Part shown: in pieces, positions 27,553 to 37,454 of the stretch | Numbering within the stretch: the stretch's first letter is position 1 | Layout of the letters: each line of letters opens with the position of its first letter | Assembly: GCA_018056375.1 (NCBI GenBank) | Contig: JAGPFQ010000001.1 | Location: 39,995 to 103,994, forward strand | Direction: 5' to 3' | Length of the DNA stretch: 64,000 bases | Source of the DNA: Candidatus Dojkabacteria bacterium | GTDB lineage: Bacteria > Patescibacteriota > Dojkabacteria > SC72 | Notes under the pieces: generated by a model | Databases searched by the model: none | Seen by the model: the letters and a program-made list of their open reading frames with translations, nothing else | Told to the model about the DNA's origin: nothing | Program-made: the position numbers and the translations under genes

Positions 27553-28536
27553 ATGGAAGGAACAGAATTAGATTTACAAATAAGTACTACTTCACTTGGT
27601 AATACAAATGAATCAGGTGGTAAACTTGGAGCTGTAGAGGGTCTTGCACAAGCTATTTGTTCTGAAGATTTGTATACAAAGACAATAGTTGAGAGGGCTA
27701 AAGAAGCTCAGGATATAACAAAGGGGATATTCCCAAATGCTAACTTTGGTGTCTCTGTATTAGCATCTGTAGTTAATCCATATATACTAAAGGAGAATAA
27801 TATAGAACCATCCTCAATTGATTATCCTTACCTAGTTAAATACAACATGGCTTTTCTAAAGGAAAAAGTACATAAAGGTAAAGAAGAAGGTCATACTGGT
27901 TTAGGATTAGCAATGGCAGTAGCACAGGAATATGCATATGGTTTTCTACAATCACATTCAAATGAGAAACAGATAGATAGTACTCTTAGAGTAGCAAATG
28001 TAATGGATGACATGGTAAAGATTAGAACATGTATTGAGACTGTAAGTATTGAAGATGAGATTAGAAAGATAAGGGAGATTAATAGAATATTAAAAGATGG
28101 TGGTAAGAGTATTACTTGGGTTATTGAACCAAACAAAAAGATTGGAGATGGTACATTTACTGATTTTATGAGGCTTTATACAAATATTAAGAATGATTAT
28201 CAAAATAGTAATTTGAAGTTTGGTATTGATTTAGATATGGGTGGTTTACCTAAGGAAGAGTATGGTCATGTTTTCAATATTATGGATAGTATAGATAAAG
28301 TTAACTTCCCAATATATCTTTCATTGAGTGGTAAGAACTATACTGATGGTACAGTAAGTACACATCTTCCATTGGGTGATGATGTAGAGTTTAATAGAAA
28401 ACTAGGTGCATACTTGTCATTACGAGGAATTAGAGGTCAAGAGATTCCTAGGCTTGTTATTGAAACTAATCCTACAGGTAATGTTGTAGAAGATTATGCA
28501 AAGTTTCTAAGAGGTTTAAAAGAAGGTTTTAATTAA
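27553..28536 (+). CDS. Hypothetical protein (ORFan, 327 aa)
   Basis: Long ORF in AT-rich DNA, no recognised motifs (HTGLGLAMAVAQEYAYGF...LVIETNPTGN). Confidence 0.45.
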   Translation: MEGTELDLQISTTSLGNTNESGGKLGAVEGLAQAICSEDLYTKTIVERAKEAQDITKGIFPNANFGVSVLASVVNPYILKENNIEPSSIDYPYLVKYNMAFLKEKVHKGKEEGHTGLGLAMAVAQEYAYGFLQSHSNEKQIDSTLRVANVMDDMVKIRTCIETVSIEDEIRKIREINRILKDGGKSITWVIEPNKKIGDGTFTDFMRLYTNIKNDYQNSNLKFGIDLDMGGLPKEEYGHVFNIMDSIDKVNFPIYLSLSGKNYTDGTVSTHLPLGDDVEFNRKLGAYLSLRGIRGQEIPRLVIETNPTGNVVEDYAKFLRGLKEGFN

Positions 28537-28715
28537 TTCCATTTTCTATTTATTTTATTTCTGTAACATACACTTTTCCGTATGTTATGGAAATATATTG
28601 CAATATTTTGTTGGGAAGTACAAGTGTTGGAGGTTTTACTGATTAATTTAATCTAAATTTCATAATTGTTTTGTAACATCTATATATGTAATTAATAATA
28701 GGAAATTTGTTATAG

Positions 28716-29192
28716 ATGTTTAAATCTTTAGAAAAAATATCAAAGTATGATCAAAAACGAATTAAAGATTATAGTAAAGTTAGTCATATTGTTCCTTCTA
28801 AGAATTTATTTATTAAAGAAAGGGCAAATAGTAAATTGAATCCTTATAATCTTGAATTAACTAGAGCAGAAATAAGTCTGTTTTTAAGGTTGGAGGAAAT
28901 AGGAGAAAGAATTGCTCTAATAAGAGAAAATAAAAGTACTGCTACGAATGATTTTATATGGAGAGGAAAAGCTTGGGAATTAAAGACAGTTGTAAAAGAT
29001 TCAAATAATTCTATTAGGAATGCTATATGGAGGGCAACTTCTCAAAAGAAAAGAAACATAGTGTTGGATTTGACATATTTGAGGAGAGACTTTGGAGATT
29101 GTTTGTTAAATATTTTAGATTTAATCGATACTATCTCAGGCATTGATAATTTAGTAGTTATTCGTAGGGATAAGATTGTTAGAGTAAAATAA
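28716..29192 (+). CDS. Hypothetical protein (ORFan, 158 aa, basic)
   Basis: ORF preceded by AT-rich spacer; no family recognised (…DFIWRGKAWELKTVVKDSNNSIRNAIWRA…). Confidence 0.4.
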   Translation: MFKSLEKISKYDQKRIKDYSKVSHIVPSKNLFIKERANSKLNPYNLELTRAEISLFLRLEEIGERIALIRENKSTATNDFIWRGKAWELKTVVKDSNNSIRNAIWRATSQKKRNIVLDLTYLRRDFGDCLLNILDLIDTISGIDNLVVIRRDKIVRVK

Positions 29193-29239
29193 GAGAGGGA
29201 ATCTCATCTCCCCAAGCATATGGGGCGAGTATTCCCTCT
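29193..29239. terminator. Long imperfect hairpin between convergent genes (bidirectional terminator candidate)
   Basis: AGAGGGAATCTCATCTCCCCA-agcata-TGGGGCGAGTATTCCCTCT. Confidence 0.45.
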
Positions 29240-29278
29240 ATTGACTGTAATTATACAAAATCTAGAAATCTATATCAA

Positions 29279-30043
29279 TTAAAACAGCTTCTCCAAACCT
29301 AATAATTCTCCATTCCTATGAACTAATCTCCTACTAGATATTGCAATACTACACATATCTTTTAACATCTTAGTAGTTTCTCTAATATTTGTAGCAGTAC
29401 TCTCACTTCTATTCTTGTTTAAAAAGAAAGGTGTTACAGCTATTTCACATCCCATCTTTCCAATAATATTTAACATGTCAGAATCAATAGCAAATGCATC
29501 TACTGTTAGATGAGGAAGCATTCTTTCTACTAATTCCTTTCTAAAAAGTTTCAAACCACAACCTACATCATTAACATTCTTTGGAAGATTTAAAAATATC
29601 CTACTTACAAATATTAAACCATAGGAGAAAATCTTTCTTTTTAGTGTCATCTCTACATTAGAATCTTTATGAAGTTTAGATGGTATCACAGCCATTACAG
29701 AATCGTGTTTAAGTGCTTTGAGAGCATATCCTAGAGATCTAATCTGGATATCAGTATCTGCGTCAATGAAGCCAATTACATCCCCTTTTGCTCTTTTCAT
29801 ACCGTATCTAATAGCATATCCTTTTCCTGTGTTTTCTTTGTAACCAATTACTGAAACTTTCTTAAGTCTGTTTTCTTTAATATATTTCTTTAACATTTCC
29901 TTAGTATTATCAACATACCCATCGATTACGAAGATGAGTTCAAAATTTGGATTTTTTCTAGTAAGAAAACCGTAGAGTCTTTCTAACTGATCCAATACTT
30001 CTCTTTGTTTTTTGTATGTTGGTATTACTAAAGATAACTTCAT
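29279..30043 (-). CDS. Family-2 glycosyltransferase (dolichyl/polyprenyl-phosphate sugar transferase-like)
   Basis: MKLSLVIPTYKKQ...ELIFVIDGYVDNTKEML...IGFIDADTD GT-A fold signature. Confidence 0.8.
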   Translation of the reverse strand: MKLSLVIPTYKKQREVLDQLERLYGFLTRKNPNFELIFVIDGYVDNTKEMLKKYIKENRLKKVSVIGYKENTGKGYAIRYGMKRAKGDVIGFIDADTDIQIRSLGYALKALKHDSVMAVIPSKLHKDSNVEMTLKRKIFSYGLIFVSRIFLNLPKNVNDVGCGLKLFRKELVERMLPHLTVDAFAIDSDMLNIIGKMGCEIAVTPFFLNKNRSESTATNIRETTKMLKDMCSIAISSRRLVHRNGELLGLEKLF

Positions 30044-30122
30044 GTAAAATTACAATTAATCATATTGAGCAGTGATTTAAATAAGATTGCATTTAAGCTC
30101 CTAAGGGAGCAGTCTACTTAAT

Positions 30123-30368
30123 TTAGGCAGTAGACTGCTTGCCCTTAAGGTTCTTAGCTATTGCTAAAATGACCATACCTACTGTAAATGCTATTAATGC
30201 TACTAGATAGAAGATTTTGGTATCACCAAAACCTGTTGGTAGTGGATCATGAGGTGGATATGGATTATATGGACCATATGGGTTTTCACCACCACTAGCT
30301 AGTGCAATATCTACATTTACTAAGGAAAGCATAATAACAGCTAAGATTGCTGAAAATAACTTCCTCAT
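30123..30368 (-). CDS. Tiny secreted Pro/Tyr-rich peptide with sorting-signal-like C-terminus (candidate sortase substrate)
   Basis: 81 aa: signal peptide (…VDIALA|SGG), ~20-aa mature segment ENPYGPYNPYPPHDP, then LPTGFGD + hydrophobic helix + KNLKGKQSTA tail; immediately downstream of the sortase gene on the same strand. Confidence 0.5.
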   Translation of the reverse strand: MRKLFSAILAVIMLSLVNVDIALASGGENPYGPYNPYPPHDPLPTGFGDTKIFYLVALIAFTVGMVILAIAKNLKGKQSTA

Positions 30369-30469
30369 ATTTAAAGGGCTAGTTAATTTAAATGCAGGAT
30401 TATTATAGCATCTTTTATCCTAATGCGCAACACTATGGGGTAGTGCCTTGAAACACCTACCTTTAGAAA

Positions 30470-31117
30470 TTAAGGTATTCTCTGGGCATATCGAAATATT
30501 CTAATTGGGGAGTTGAAGAATTTACATGTATATAGTATGAGGTCTGCACTGTAATCGCTAATATAGGTGGACTCTTCCAACTTATATATCTTGTACTTAT
30601 ATTCTCTTTGATTCCAATATATGGTTATCTCATCACCATCTCCTGTTTTAGGAAGATTGTAGTAAGATATTTTGTTTCTTTTCTCTGTACTCCATGATGA
30701 GTATCCAAATCTATGTGCAGCTAAAATTATGGGTAGGTCTGGTTGCTCTGGTGTACCGAACTCTTTTACAATCCATGAACCATTTTTTAGTCCTTCATCG
30801 GAATTTTTACTTGTAGATATTGGTGAATTTACCCCTATCTTAGGTATTATTACAAACTTACCCTCTGGGAGAGATGTGTCTAATGGAGGTATACCTAATC
30901 TTACAGCTTCTGCTTTTTTCTCTTCTATTTTCACTTTAGGAGGAATAATTTCTTTGATAATCTTTTCTGTTTCTTTATTAGTTTCTTCTGGATGGATTCT
31001 ATACCACAAATATGGCCATATTGGGATAATGATAGCTATGAGTGCAATGGTAAGAAAGAAGAACCCTATTGCTACATATATGTTATTGAATTTTTGAAAA
31101 ATAGTTTGTTTTTCCAT
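30470..31117 (-). CDS. Sortase (transpeptidase) family protein
   Basis: N-terminal TM anchor; IPKIGV beta-strand motif, catalytic His in ILAAHRF, Cys in LILYTC (TLxTC motif), Arg near C-terminus. Confidence 0.75.
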   Translation of the reverse strand: MEKQTIFQKFNNIYVAIGFFFLTIALIAIIIPIWPYLWYRIHPEETNKETEKIIKEIIPPKVKIEEKKAEAVRLGIPPLDTSLPEGKFVIIPKIGVNSPISTSKNSDEGLKNGSWIVKEFGTPEQPDLPIILAAHRFGYSSWSTEKRNKISYYNLPKTGDGDEITIYWNQREYKYKIYKLEESTYISDYSADLILYTCKFFNSPIRIFRYAQRIP

Positions 31118-31260
31118 CTTAGATTTAGTTTATCATACTTTGGACAAAAAAAAAGAAGAACTTGTACAAGAAACTCTTTTTGGGGAAGCATTTACTTACG
31201 AATAATGGATATCACCAAGTTAATCTGGATTTAATAATTAAATGCTACTATCTATATATT

Positions 31261-31878
31261 ATGCTCAAACCTTGTTATGTTTTTATTGATGCTTCAAATA
31301 TGTTTTATGGTTCTCCTAATGATTTAAATTGGAGAATTGATTACAAGAAGTTAATTGAGCATCTTAAACAGAGATACAATGCTAAGAAAGTTTTTTATTA
31401 CTCTGGAATAGAGGTGGCAGGGTATGATTTAGACTGTTCTCCAACTTCACAATGTCCAATTGATAAGTTGGTAAGCTATTTAGAAAATCTTTACAAAATG
31501 GGTAAAGCTACAGAGAAACCATATTTACTAAAATACCTCAAAAGAGCTAAATTCTTTAGAAAATTACAGGAATTTGGATACATATTAAGGCTTAAACCAA
31601 TCAAAAGAATCCGTACAAAAGAAGGAGGTGTAAAATACAAAGCTAATTGTGATGTTGATTTAACATTTGACATGATGCGTTTAGAAAAGGAATATTCTTC
31701 TTTTATCCTATTCTCTGGTGATGGAGATTTTGAGGTATTATTAAAATATTTCAAAATTAAAGAAAAGGAGTTTATCATATATTCTCATCGTAACAAAACA
31801 GCAAGAGTTATTAAGGAAAAGTACCATAAAGAATATATGGATTTCTCAAGGTTAAAAAAGTATATATCTTGGGAATAA
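31261..31878 (+). CDS. NYN-domain (LabA-like/PIN-like) putative ribonuclease
   Basis: YVFIDASNMFY...KANCDVDLTFDMM...FILFSGDGDFEVLL are the NYN acidic motifs; ORF extends to 31162, but ATG 31261 gives the canonical N-terminus MLKPCYVFIDASN. Confidence 0.6.
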   Translation: MLKPCYVFIDASNMFYGSPNDLNWRIDYKKLIEHLKQRYNAKKVFYYSGIEVAGYDLDCSPTSQCPIDKLVSYLENLYKMGKATEKPYLLKYLKRAKFFRKLQEFGYILRLKPIKRIRTKEGGVKYKANCDVDLTFDMMRLEKEYSSFILFSGDGDFEVLLKYFKIKEKEFIIYSHRNKTARVIKEKYHKEYMDFSRLKKYISWE

Positions 31879-31985
31879 AAAATGGGAAGGTCGATCTTAC
31901 GAAGGGCCTCCCCGAATCCTTGTAGTAACAGTATATCTCTTTTTGTAGAAAAAAACAAGGTAAAAATTTTAAATGTAATTACTTT

Positions 31986-32834
31986 TTAATTCTTCTCCCT
32001 AAGATATATTTCTAATATCTTTCCACTATTAATCATCTCTAATGCATTATCTTTACCAATATATCTATAATGCCAACTCTCATAATTATATCCTGTTACT
32101 GATTCATATCCTTGTGGAAATGATATCACAAAACCATAACACCAAGCATTCTCTTCTAACCATTTTGCTGCTTTTGTTGTATGAAATCTCCCCCCTATTC
32201 CATCCTGTATCTCTGATGTACTAAAGTCAATTGCTGTACCTAATTGATGTTGACTATGTCCAGCTCTAGCAGAAACTTTATCAGCATCATCTGCTACATT
32301 ATTGTTGTATCTAAGCCAATATTGATATGTACTAACCTGTGTATCATATGACCTGTATCCTGACCTAATACTAAGGTCTACACCATCATTTTTAGCTGCT
32401 TTAACTAATTCTGTTAAATCGGCTATTACTATATTTCTAACCATATGTTGATTTCCTTTTCTAATTCCTGATTTTGCAGCTGAAACTAAATCTGAAGGAA
32501 CATAACCAGCAGAAAGAGCATATTCTTTGTTTACTAGTACCAACAAGTCATCTCCATGCCTTTTTGTTGGCTTGATATCTGTTGGATATGACCACCAATT
32601 CTTTTGTGTTTCTTCTTTCTTTTTAGATTCTTTTTTAGGTGGAGTATTTACTTCTTTTTTTTCTTCTATAACAGTTTCTACCTCTGGTTCTTCTATAACT
32701 TCTTTCTTCTCTATTATCTCCTCTTGTGGAGGATTTATCTCTTCTAGTTTAATTAAATCAATATCTTGTTGTCCAAAAAGAAGAGCGAGTGATATTGAGA
32801 TAATTATTTTTTTTAGAATATTGGTAAAAACCAT
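31986..32834 (-). CDS. D-Ala-D-Ala carboxypeptidase, VanY/peptidase M15B family
   Basis: Signal/TM N-terminus, K/E-rich linker, then SGYRSYDTQ...AGHSQHQLGTAIDFS...ESWHYRY zinc-peptidase motifs typical of VanY. Confidence 0.75.
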   Translation of the reverse strand: MVFTNILKKIIISISLALLFGQQDIDLIKLEEINPPQEEIIEKKEVIEEPEVETVIEEKKEVNTPPKKESKKKEETQKNWWSYPTDIKPTKRHGDDLLVLVNKEYALSAGYVPSDLVSAAKSGIRKGNQHMVRNIVIADLTELVKAAKNDGVDLSIRSGYRSYDTQVSTYQYWLRYNNNVADDADKVSARAGHSQHQLGTAIDFSTSEIQDGIGGRFHTTKAAKWLEENAWCYGFVISFPQGYESVTGYNYESWHYRYIGKDNALEMINSGKILEIYLREKN

Positions 32835-32961
32835 ATGGTTACAATATATATTTTTATATTAGGGTTAAGATATTATATAAGCTTTTTTTATTCTTATCTA
32901 GGTGAGGAAGTATATTTTAGGTCAATGTAGAATATAGATATTAAATTCAGTAGGTAAAAAT

Positions 32962-33189
32962 ATGACACTATCAAAAGAAGATTTTGTAATGATATCAACA
33001 CTTTTAGCTTGTGAGCTTGAAAAGTATGAGAAACAGATAAAGAATTTAGAGAAAATTGTTAAGAAGTCTGTAAAAAAGAAAGTTGATGATAGTTGGATGA
33101 GTTATGAGGAACTCTCTAAGAATATTGTAGAACTCTCAGGGGATGAGTATAACAGGGATTTTAATATTACTAGGATGAGTGGAGTTTGA
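32962..33189 (+). CDS. Hypothetical small coiled-coil protein
   Basis: 75-aa ORF convergent with the AbiE pair; no family. Confidence 0.3.
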   Translation: MTLSKEDFVMISTLLACELEKYEKQIKNLEKIVKKSVKKKVDDSWMSYEELSKNIVELSGDEYNRDFNITRMSGV

Positions 33190-33194
33190 TATAT

Positions 33195-34028
33195 CTATCT
33201 CAATTTCTTGTAAAAAGAATGAAAGTTATTACACCACTCATTGATATATGTACTATTTTCAAAAAGAGGTTCTAAATCTATTAAGAGGTCTTTTGTTGAA
33301 ATTCTATTTACAACCTGATTAATACTCTTCCATGCTTCATTTATAGTATATCCATTATCTTCAAGAAAGGCTTTATCAGGCTCTATACCTTTCTCCATAT
33401 ACCAAATTAAATCGTAGAAATCTCTCCCTTTAATACTAACATTACTTTTACCTTTCCTAAATACCCTTTCTATACAAGCAATCATCTTACTAGCCATTAG
33501 AATTGGTAATGAGTAATGTTTGATAACCATGCTATATATATCTTTTGTATATGGTGTGTATCCTGTTGGATAGTTACTCCCTATTCTCTCATTTATCTCT
33601 ACCTTAACATGTAGTTTCTCATTTACATTCTCAGACAATCCTAAGTCATGTAACAATTCAAACTTAACTAAACACCTCATTATATTCTCACTCCTCTGTG
33701 TTGTTACCTCTACTCCATTAAAATGTTCCTCTTTGAAATATTTCCTTATCATAGAAGCCACCTCCTCTATATCTATTTTAGTAGTACTCTCAAAATCTAA
33801 ATCTTCAGAAAGCCTATTTAATCCATACACCTTTCTAAGTAGTGTTCCACCATAGAAAATGAGACCTTTGTACTTCTTATCACTATATATTATGTACAAG
33901 ATAATATCCTGCAAGTATTCCTTTAATTTATTTCTAATCAAAGCATTACTTTTGTTCTTACTCTTTTCCTCTTGAACAATTGTTTGTAGTTGATATTTAA
34001 TTGGATGCATTTTTAACAATATTCTCAA
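33195..34028 (-). CDS. AbiEii/AbiGii-family nucleotidyltransferase toxin (type IV TA / abortive infection)
   Basis: LIFYGGTLLRKVYGLNRLSEDLDFE matches the AbiEii GGTAL...R.SEDIDF nucleotidyltransferase motif; RDFYDLIWYM matches the family C-terminal motif. Confidence 0.75.
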   Translation of the reverse strand: MRILLKMHPIKYQLQTIVQEEKSKNKSNALIRNKLKEYLQDIILYIIYSDKKYKGLIFYGGTLLRKVYGLNRLSEDLDFESTTKIDIEEVASMIRKYFKEEHFNGVEVTTQRSENIMRCLVKFELLHDLGLSENVNEKLHVKVEINERIGSNYPTGYTPYTKDIYSMVIKHYSLPILMASKMIACIERVFRKGKSNVSIKGRDFYDLIWYMEKGIEPDKAFLEDNGYTINEAWKSINQVVNRISTKDLLIDLEPLFENSTYINEWCNNFHSFYKKLR

Positions 34029-34647
34029 TTATTTTAACTACCTTTTTGTTTTTTGATATCTTTGCATATCTCTGAAGTTCTACTAATTCTTTCTTTTTAA
34101 AAGACTTCATATTTAATCTCAATTCCTCAACAAGGTTAATATTTTCTAAATCATCTGGAAGTGTATCTATGGAGAAGTATATGTAGTCAAAAAGAGCTTT
34201 TTCTTTTGTAGCTATGTAGTATGTATAGTTAAGAAACCTCAGTGCTGTATATCCAGTAAAAAGTTCTTTTCTAATATTTCTGTATATATATTCACCAGTT
34301 GGATTACTGTACTTTCTACCCGTTTTTAATGTCAGTGAAGTTACTGTATATATTGCTTCTGTTAGAATACCATGTTTTGCAAGTACATATTCTAAAGAAA
34401 CATATGATGGTGTTCTTAACTTGTTTGCAATTAGTTCTGTAAATCCTTCTGTTGAAGAATAGCTGTCTACATTCTCTTTTGAAATGTAGAGACCGTTTTT
34501 TAATTTGACTAAATCTCCACTCTTTATCCATCTGGTAATGCTTTTGTTAATAGCTTCTTCGTTCTCATCAGAGAGTGAACGAAGCATGTCTTTCGTTAAG
34601 AAAAGAGTTTTTAGGTTGTCTTTAAGAATACTTTTTTTCATGTCCAC
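33997..34647 (-). CDS. AbiEi-family antitoxin/transcriptional regulator
   Basis: N-terminal wHTH with ITRWIKSGDLVKLKNGLYIS (AbiEi_4 signature R..G.L.rl.rG.Y); overlaps toxin gene by 32 nt. Confidence 0.65.
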   Translation of the reverse strand: MDMKKSILKDNLKTLFLTKDMLRSLSDENEEAINKSITRWIKSGDLVKLKNGLYISKENVDSYSSTEGFTELIANKLRTPSYVSLEYVLAKHGILTEAIYTVTSLTLKTGRKYSNPTGEYIYRNIRKELFTGYTALRFLNYTYYIATKEKALFDYIYFSIDTLPDDLENINLVEELRLNMKSFKKKELVELQRYAKISKNKKVVKIIENIVKNASN

Positions 34648-34704
34648 ACCTTTTAGATATGGGACACATTATGTCCTAAAAGTGGAAGGTTGTCAAGTAG
34701 GTTG

Positions 34705-37443
34705 TTACAGTATTGCTACTGTTGCCACCTTATCACCACTTCCAATATTCATCATCTTTACACCTGAAGTTTGTCTCTTGAGCTTTGGTACATCTTTAAG
34801 ATCTGCTCTAATAACCTTAGATTTCTCAGATATTACAACAATCTCTTCATCTTCTTCCTTTAGAATTCTTGCACAAGCCACATTACCTGTCTTTGGTGTT
34901 ACTCTAAAAGTGAAGATACCTGTACCACCTCTCTTCTGAGTTGCATACTCTTTAAGTGGTGTCATCTTACCATAACCATATTCCGAAAGAGTTAGAAGTT
35001 GCTGTTCATCACTCTCTACAATCCCAATACCAACTACCCTATCCTCTTTACTTCTAAACTTAATACCTGTTACACCTCTTGTACTTCTACCCATAGGTCT
35101 AACATCTGTTTCTTTAAATCTCACAGACTTACCTTCTCTTGTTAGGATAATAGCTTGGTCATCTCCTGTTGTAGCTTTAACTCCTATCAATTGATCTCCT
35201 TCATCTAACTTAATTGCTACTAAACCATTTGCTCTAATCTTCTTAAACTCAGGAAGTGCAGTTTTCTTTACAACACCGTTCTCTGTTGCCATCAAAAGAT
35301 ATTTGTACTCTCTTGCTATTTCCTTCTCTTTAGCTTCTTCTGTACTCTTACCTTCTGCAATCTTACCCTTTGGGTCTCTGGTTAAGACTGAGGTTATAAG
35401 TTCATCGGGGTCTAGTTGTACAAGATTAACGATAGGTAAGCCTTTTGCTGTTCTACCTAAATCAGGGATCTCAAATATTCGAAGTGTATATACCTTACCT
35501 TTGTTTGTGAAAAGTAGTAGTTCATCATGAGTATTACACAAGAAAGCATGTTCTATGAAATCTCCTTCTTTTGTCTCTCCTCCTGAAACACCCTTGCCTC
35601 CCCTATTCTGTGCTTTGTATGTATTTGGATTTAATCTCTTTACATATCCAGAGTTGGTAATTGTTACTAAAGTATCTTCGGAAGCAATCATGTCTTCTTC
35701 AGATATCTCATCAACTTTACCTTTTACAACCTTTGTTCTTCTTTCATCTCCAAACTTTTCTTTAATAATCTCAAGATCAGCATCTACAACTTCCAACATC
35801 TTCTCTGGATCTTCAAGAAGAGTATTTAATTCCTTAATCTTCTCTTTCAATTCTTTTTGTTCGTTCTGCAATTTCATTCTCTCAAGTGCAGCTAATCTTC
35901 TTAACTGCATGTCCAAAATTGCTTGGGCTTGTACTTCTGTAAAATCAAACTTATCCATTAAGTTTGTTTTTGCTGTTTCTTGTGTTTTTGAACCTCTAAT
36001 TGTAGCAATGACCTCATCGAGCATATCAATTGCTTTAAGTAATCCTTCTAAGATGTGAGATCTGTATCTTGCTTGTGCTAAATCAAATTCAAATCTTCTG
36101 ATTGTTACCACTAATCTAAATGATAGGAAGAGTTCTAAGAATCTCTTAAGTGGTAATGTCTTTGGCTCTTTCTCTACCAATGCAATCATATTTGCATTGA
36201 AGACTTTTTGCATCTCTGTATACTTGTAGAGTTTGTTTAAGACAGCTTTGGGTTGTGCATCTCTCTTGAGATATACAACAACTCTCATTCCTTCGATATT
36301 TGATTCGTCGATAATGTCTGAAATACCTTTAATCTTTTTATCCTTTACCAAGTCAGCAATCTTTGTAATGAGGTTTGCTTTGTTTACTTGGAAAGGTATT
36401 TCGGTTATAACGATTTGGTATTTTCCTTGTTTGCCCTCTACAATTGATGCTTTTGCTCTTTGTAATATTCTTCCCCTACCGGTTGCATATGTGTTAAGGA
36501 TTTCTTCTCTGTCATATATCGTTGCTCCGGTTGGGAAGTCTGGACCTGGTATTATCTCAACTAACTCTTCTGGTGTAATGTCCGATTTAAATTCAGGATA
36601 GAGGACATTTCCATCATCTTCAATCTTTGCTCTTAGAGTATCAATTACTTCTTGGTTGGTAGCATCTTTTGTATCTATGTAGTTTTCTAAGTAATCAGCT
36701 GGTTGTGCATTAAGTAGTTGTGGGATTCTCTCTCCTTTTTCTTTTTGTTTTCTTAATTCATCATATACTGCTTTACCTTCCCATTTGTTACCTAAGGAAA
36801 TCATTTTTTGTAAAGCAGTGATTAATTCTGTTAGGTTATGAGGAGGTATCTTTGTAGCCATACCTACTGCAATTCCATCTCCACCATTTGCTAGTACATT
36901 TGGGAATCCTGCAGGTAATACTGTTGGTTCTAGTCTTGTGCCATCATAGTTTGGTATGAATGTTACTGTTCCCTTGTTTATCTCATTAATGAGTTCTGGT
37001 GTAATCTTCCCCATTCTTGCCTCTGTGTATCTCATGGCTGCTGCTTCATCTCCATCTATGGACCCGAAGTTTCCTTGCCCATCTACTAATGGATATCTCA
37101 TGGAGAAGTCTTGAGCCATTTTTACTAAGGTTGGATATATTACAACCTCACCATGTGGATGGTAGTTACCTGATGTATCTCCTGCAATTTTTGCACATTT
37201 TCTGTAATGAGAAGAAGGTGTTAGGCCTAAATCATTGATAGCTACAAGAATTCTTCTTTGTGATGGTTTAAGTCCATCCTTTACTTCTGGTAGAGCTCTT
37301 GAGACGATTACGGACATAGAATAGTCAAGGTAGTTACCTTTCATTTCATCTACGATGGATCTGTTAGTAATCTCTCCAGAATTGTATGTGGAGTTCTGCT
37401 CTACTGTATCTATATTTTCTTGTGTTGTTTTTGTGTCATCCAT
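34705..37443 (-). CDS. gyrA: DNA gyrase subunit A
   Basis: MSVIVSRALPEVKDGLKPSQRRIL, active-site region YHPHGEVVIY, C-terminal beta-pinwheel repeats; 912 aa. Confidence 0.95.
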   Translation of the reverse strand: MDDTKTTQENIDTVEQNSTYNSGEITNRSIVDEMKGNYLDYSMSVIVSRALPEVKDGLKPSQRRILVAINDLGLTPSSHYRKCAKIAGDTSGNYHPHGEVVIYPTLVKMAQDFSMRYPLVDGQGNFGSIDGDEAAAMRYTEARMGKITPELINEINKGTVTFIPNYDGTRLEPTVLPAGFPNVLANGGDGIAVGMATKIPPHNLTELITALQKMISLGNKWEGKAVYDELRKQKEKGERIPQLLNAQPADYLENYIDTKDATNQEVIDTLRAKIEDDGNVLYPEFKSDITPEELVEIIPGPDFPTGATIYDREEILNTYATGRGRILQRAKASIVEGKQGKYQIVITEIPFQVNKANLITKIADLVKDKKIKGISDIIDESNIEGMRVVVYLKRDAQPKAVLNKLYKYTEMQKVFNANMIALVEKEPKTLPLKRFLELFLSFRLVVTIRRFEFDLAQARYRSHILEGLLKAIDMLDEVIATIRGSKTQETAKTNLMDKFDFTEVQAQAILDMQLRRLAALERMKLQNEQKELKEKIKELNTLLEDPEKMLEVVDADLEIIKEKFGDERRTKVVKGKVDEISEEDMIASEDTLVTITNSGYVKRLNPNTYKAQNRGGKGVSGGETKEGDFIEHAFLCNTHDELLLFTNKGKVYTLRIFEIPDLGRTAKGLPIVNLVQLDPDELITSVLTRDPKGKIAEGKSTEEAKEKEIAREYKYLLMATENGVVKKTALPEFKKIRANGLVAIKLDEGDQLIGVKATTGDDQAIILTREGKSVRFKETDVRPMGRSTRGVTGIKFRSKEDRVVGIGIVESDEQQLLTLSEYGYGKMTPLKEYATQKRGGTGIFTFRVTPKTGNVACARILKEEDEEIVVISEKSKVIRADLKDVPKLKRQTSGVKMMNIGSGDKVATVAIL

Positions 37444-37454
37444 AATATTGTTTG

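Noticed and set aside
28560-28590. Hairpin AACATAC-acttttccg-GTATGTT after ORF 27553-28536 as a terminator.
   Set aside because: No downstream T-run. It may be a weak or protein-binding site, so it is not called.
31162-31260. Upstream 33-codon extension of the NYN-domain ORF.
   Set aside because: The extension has poor coding look (MYKKLFLGKHLLTNNGYHQVNLD...) and runs through the likely divergent promoter region. The NYN domain starts cleanly at Met 31261.
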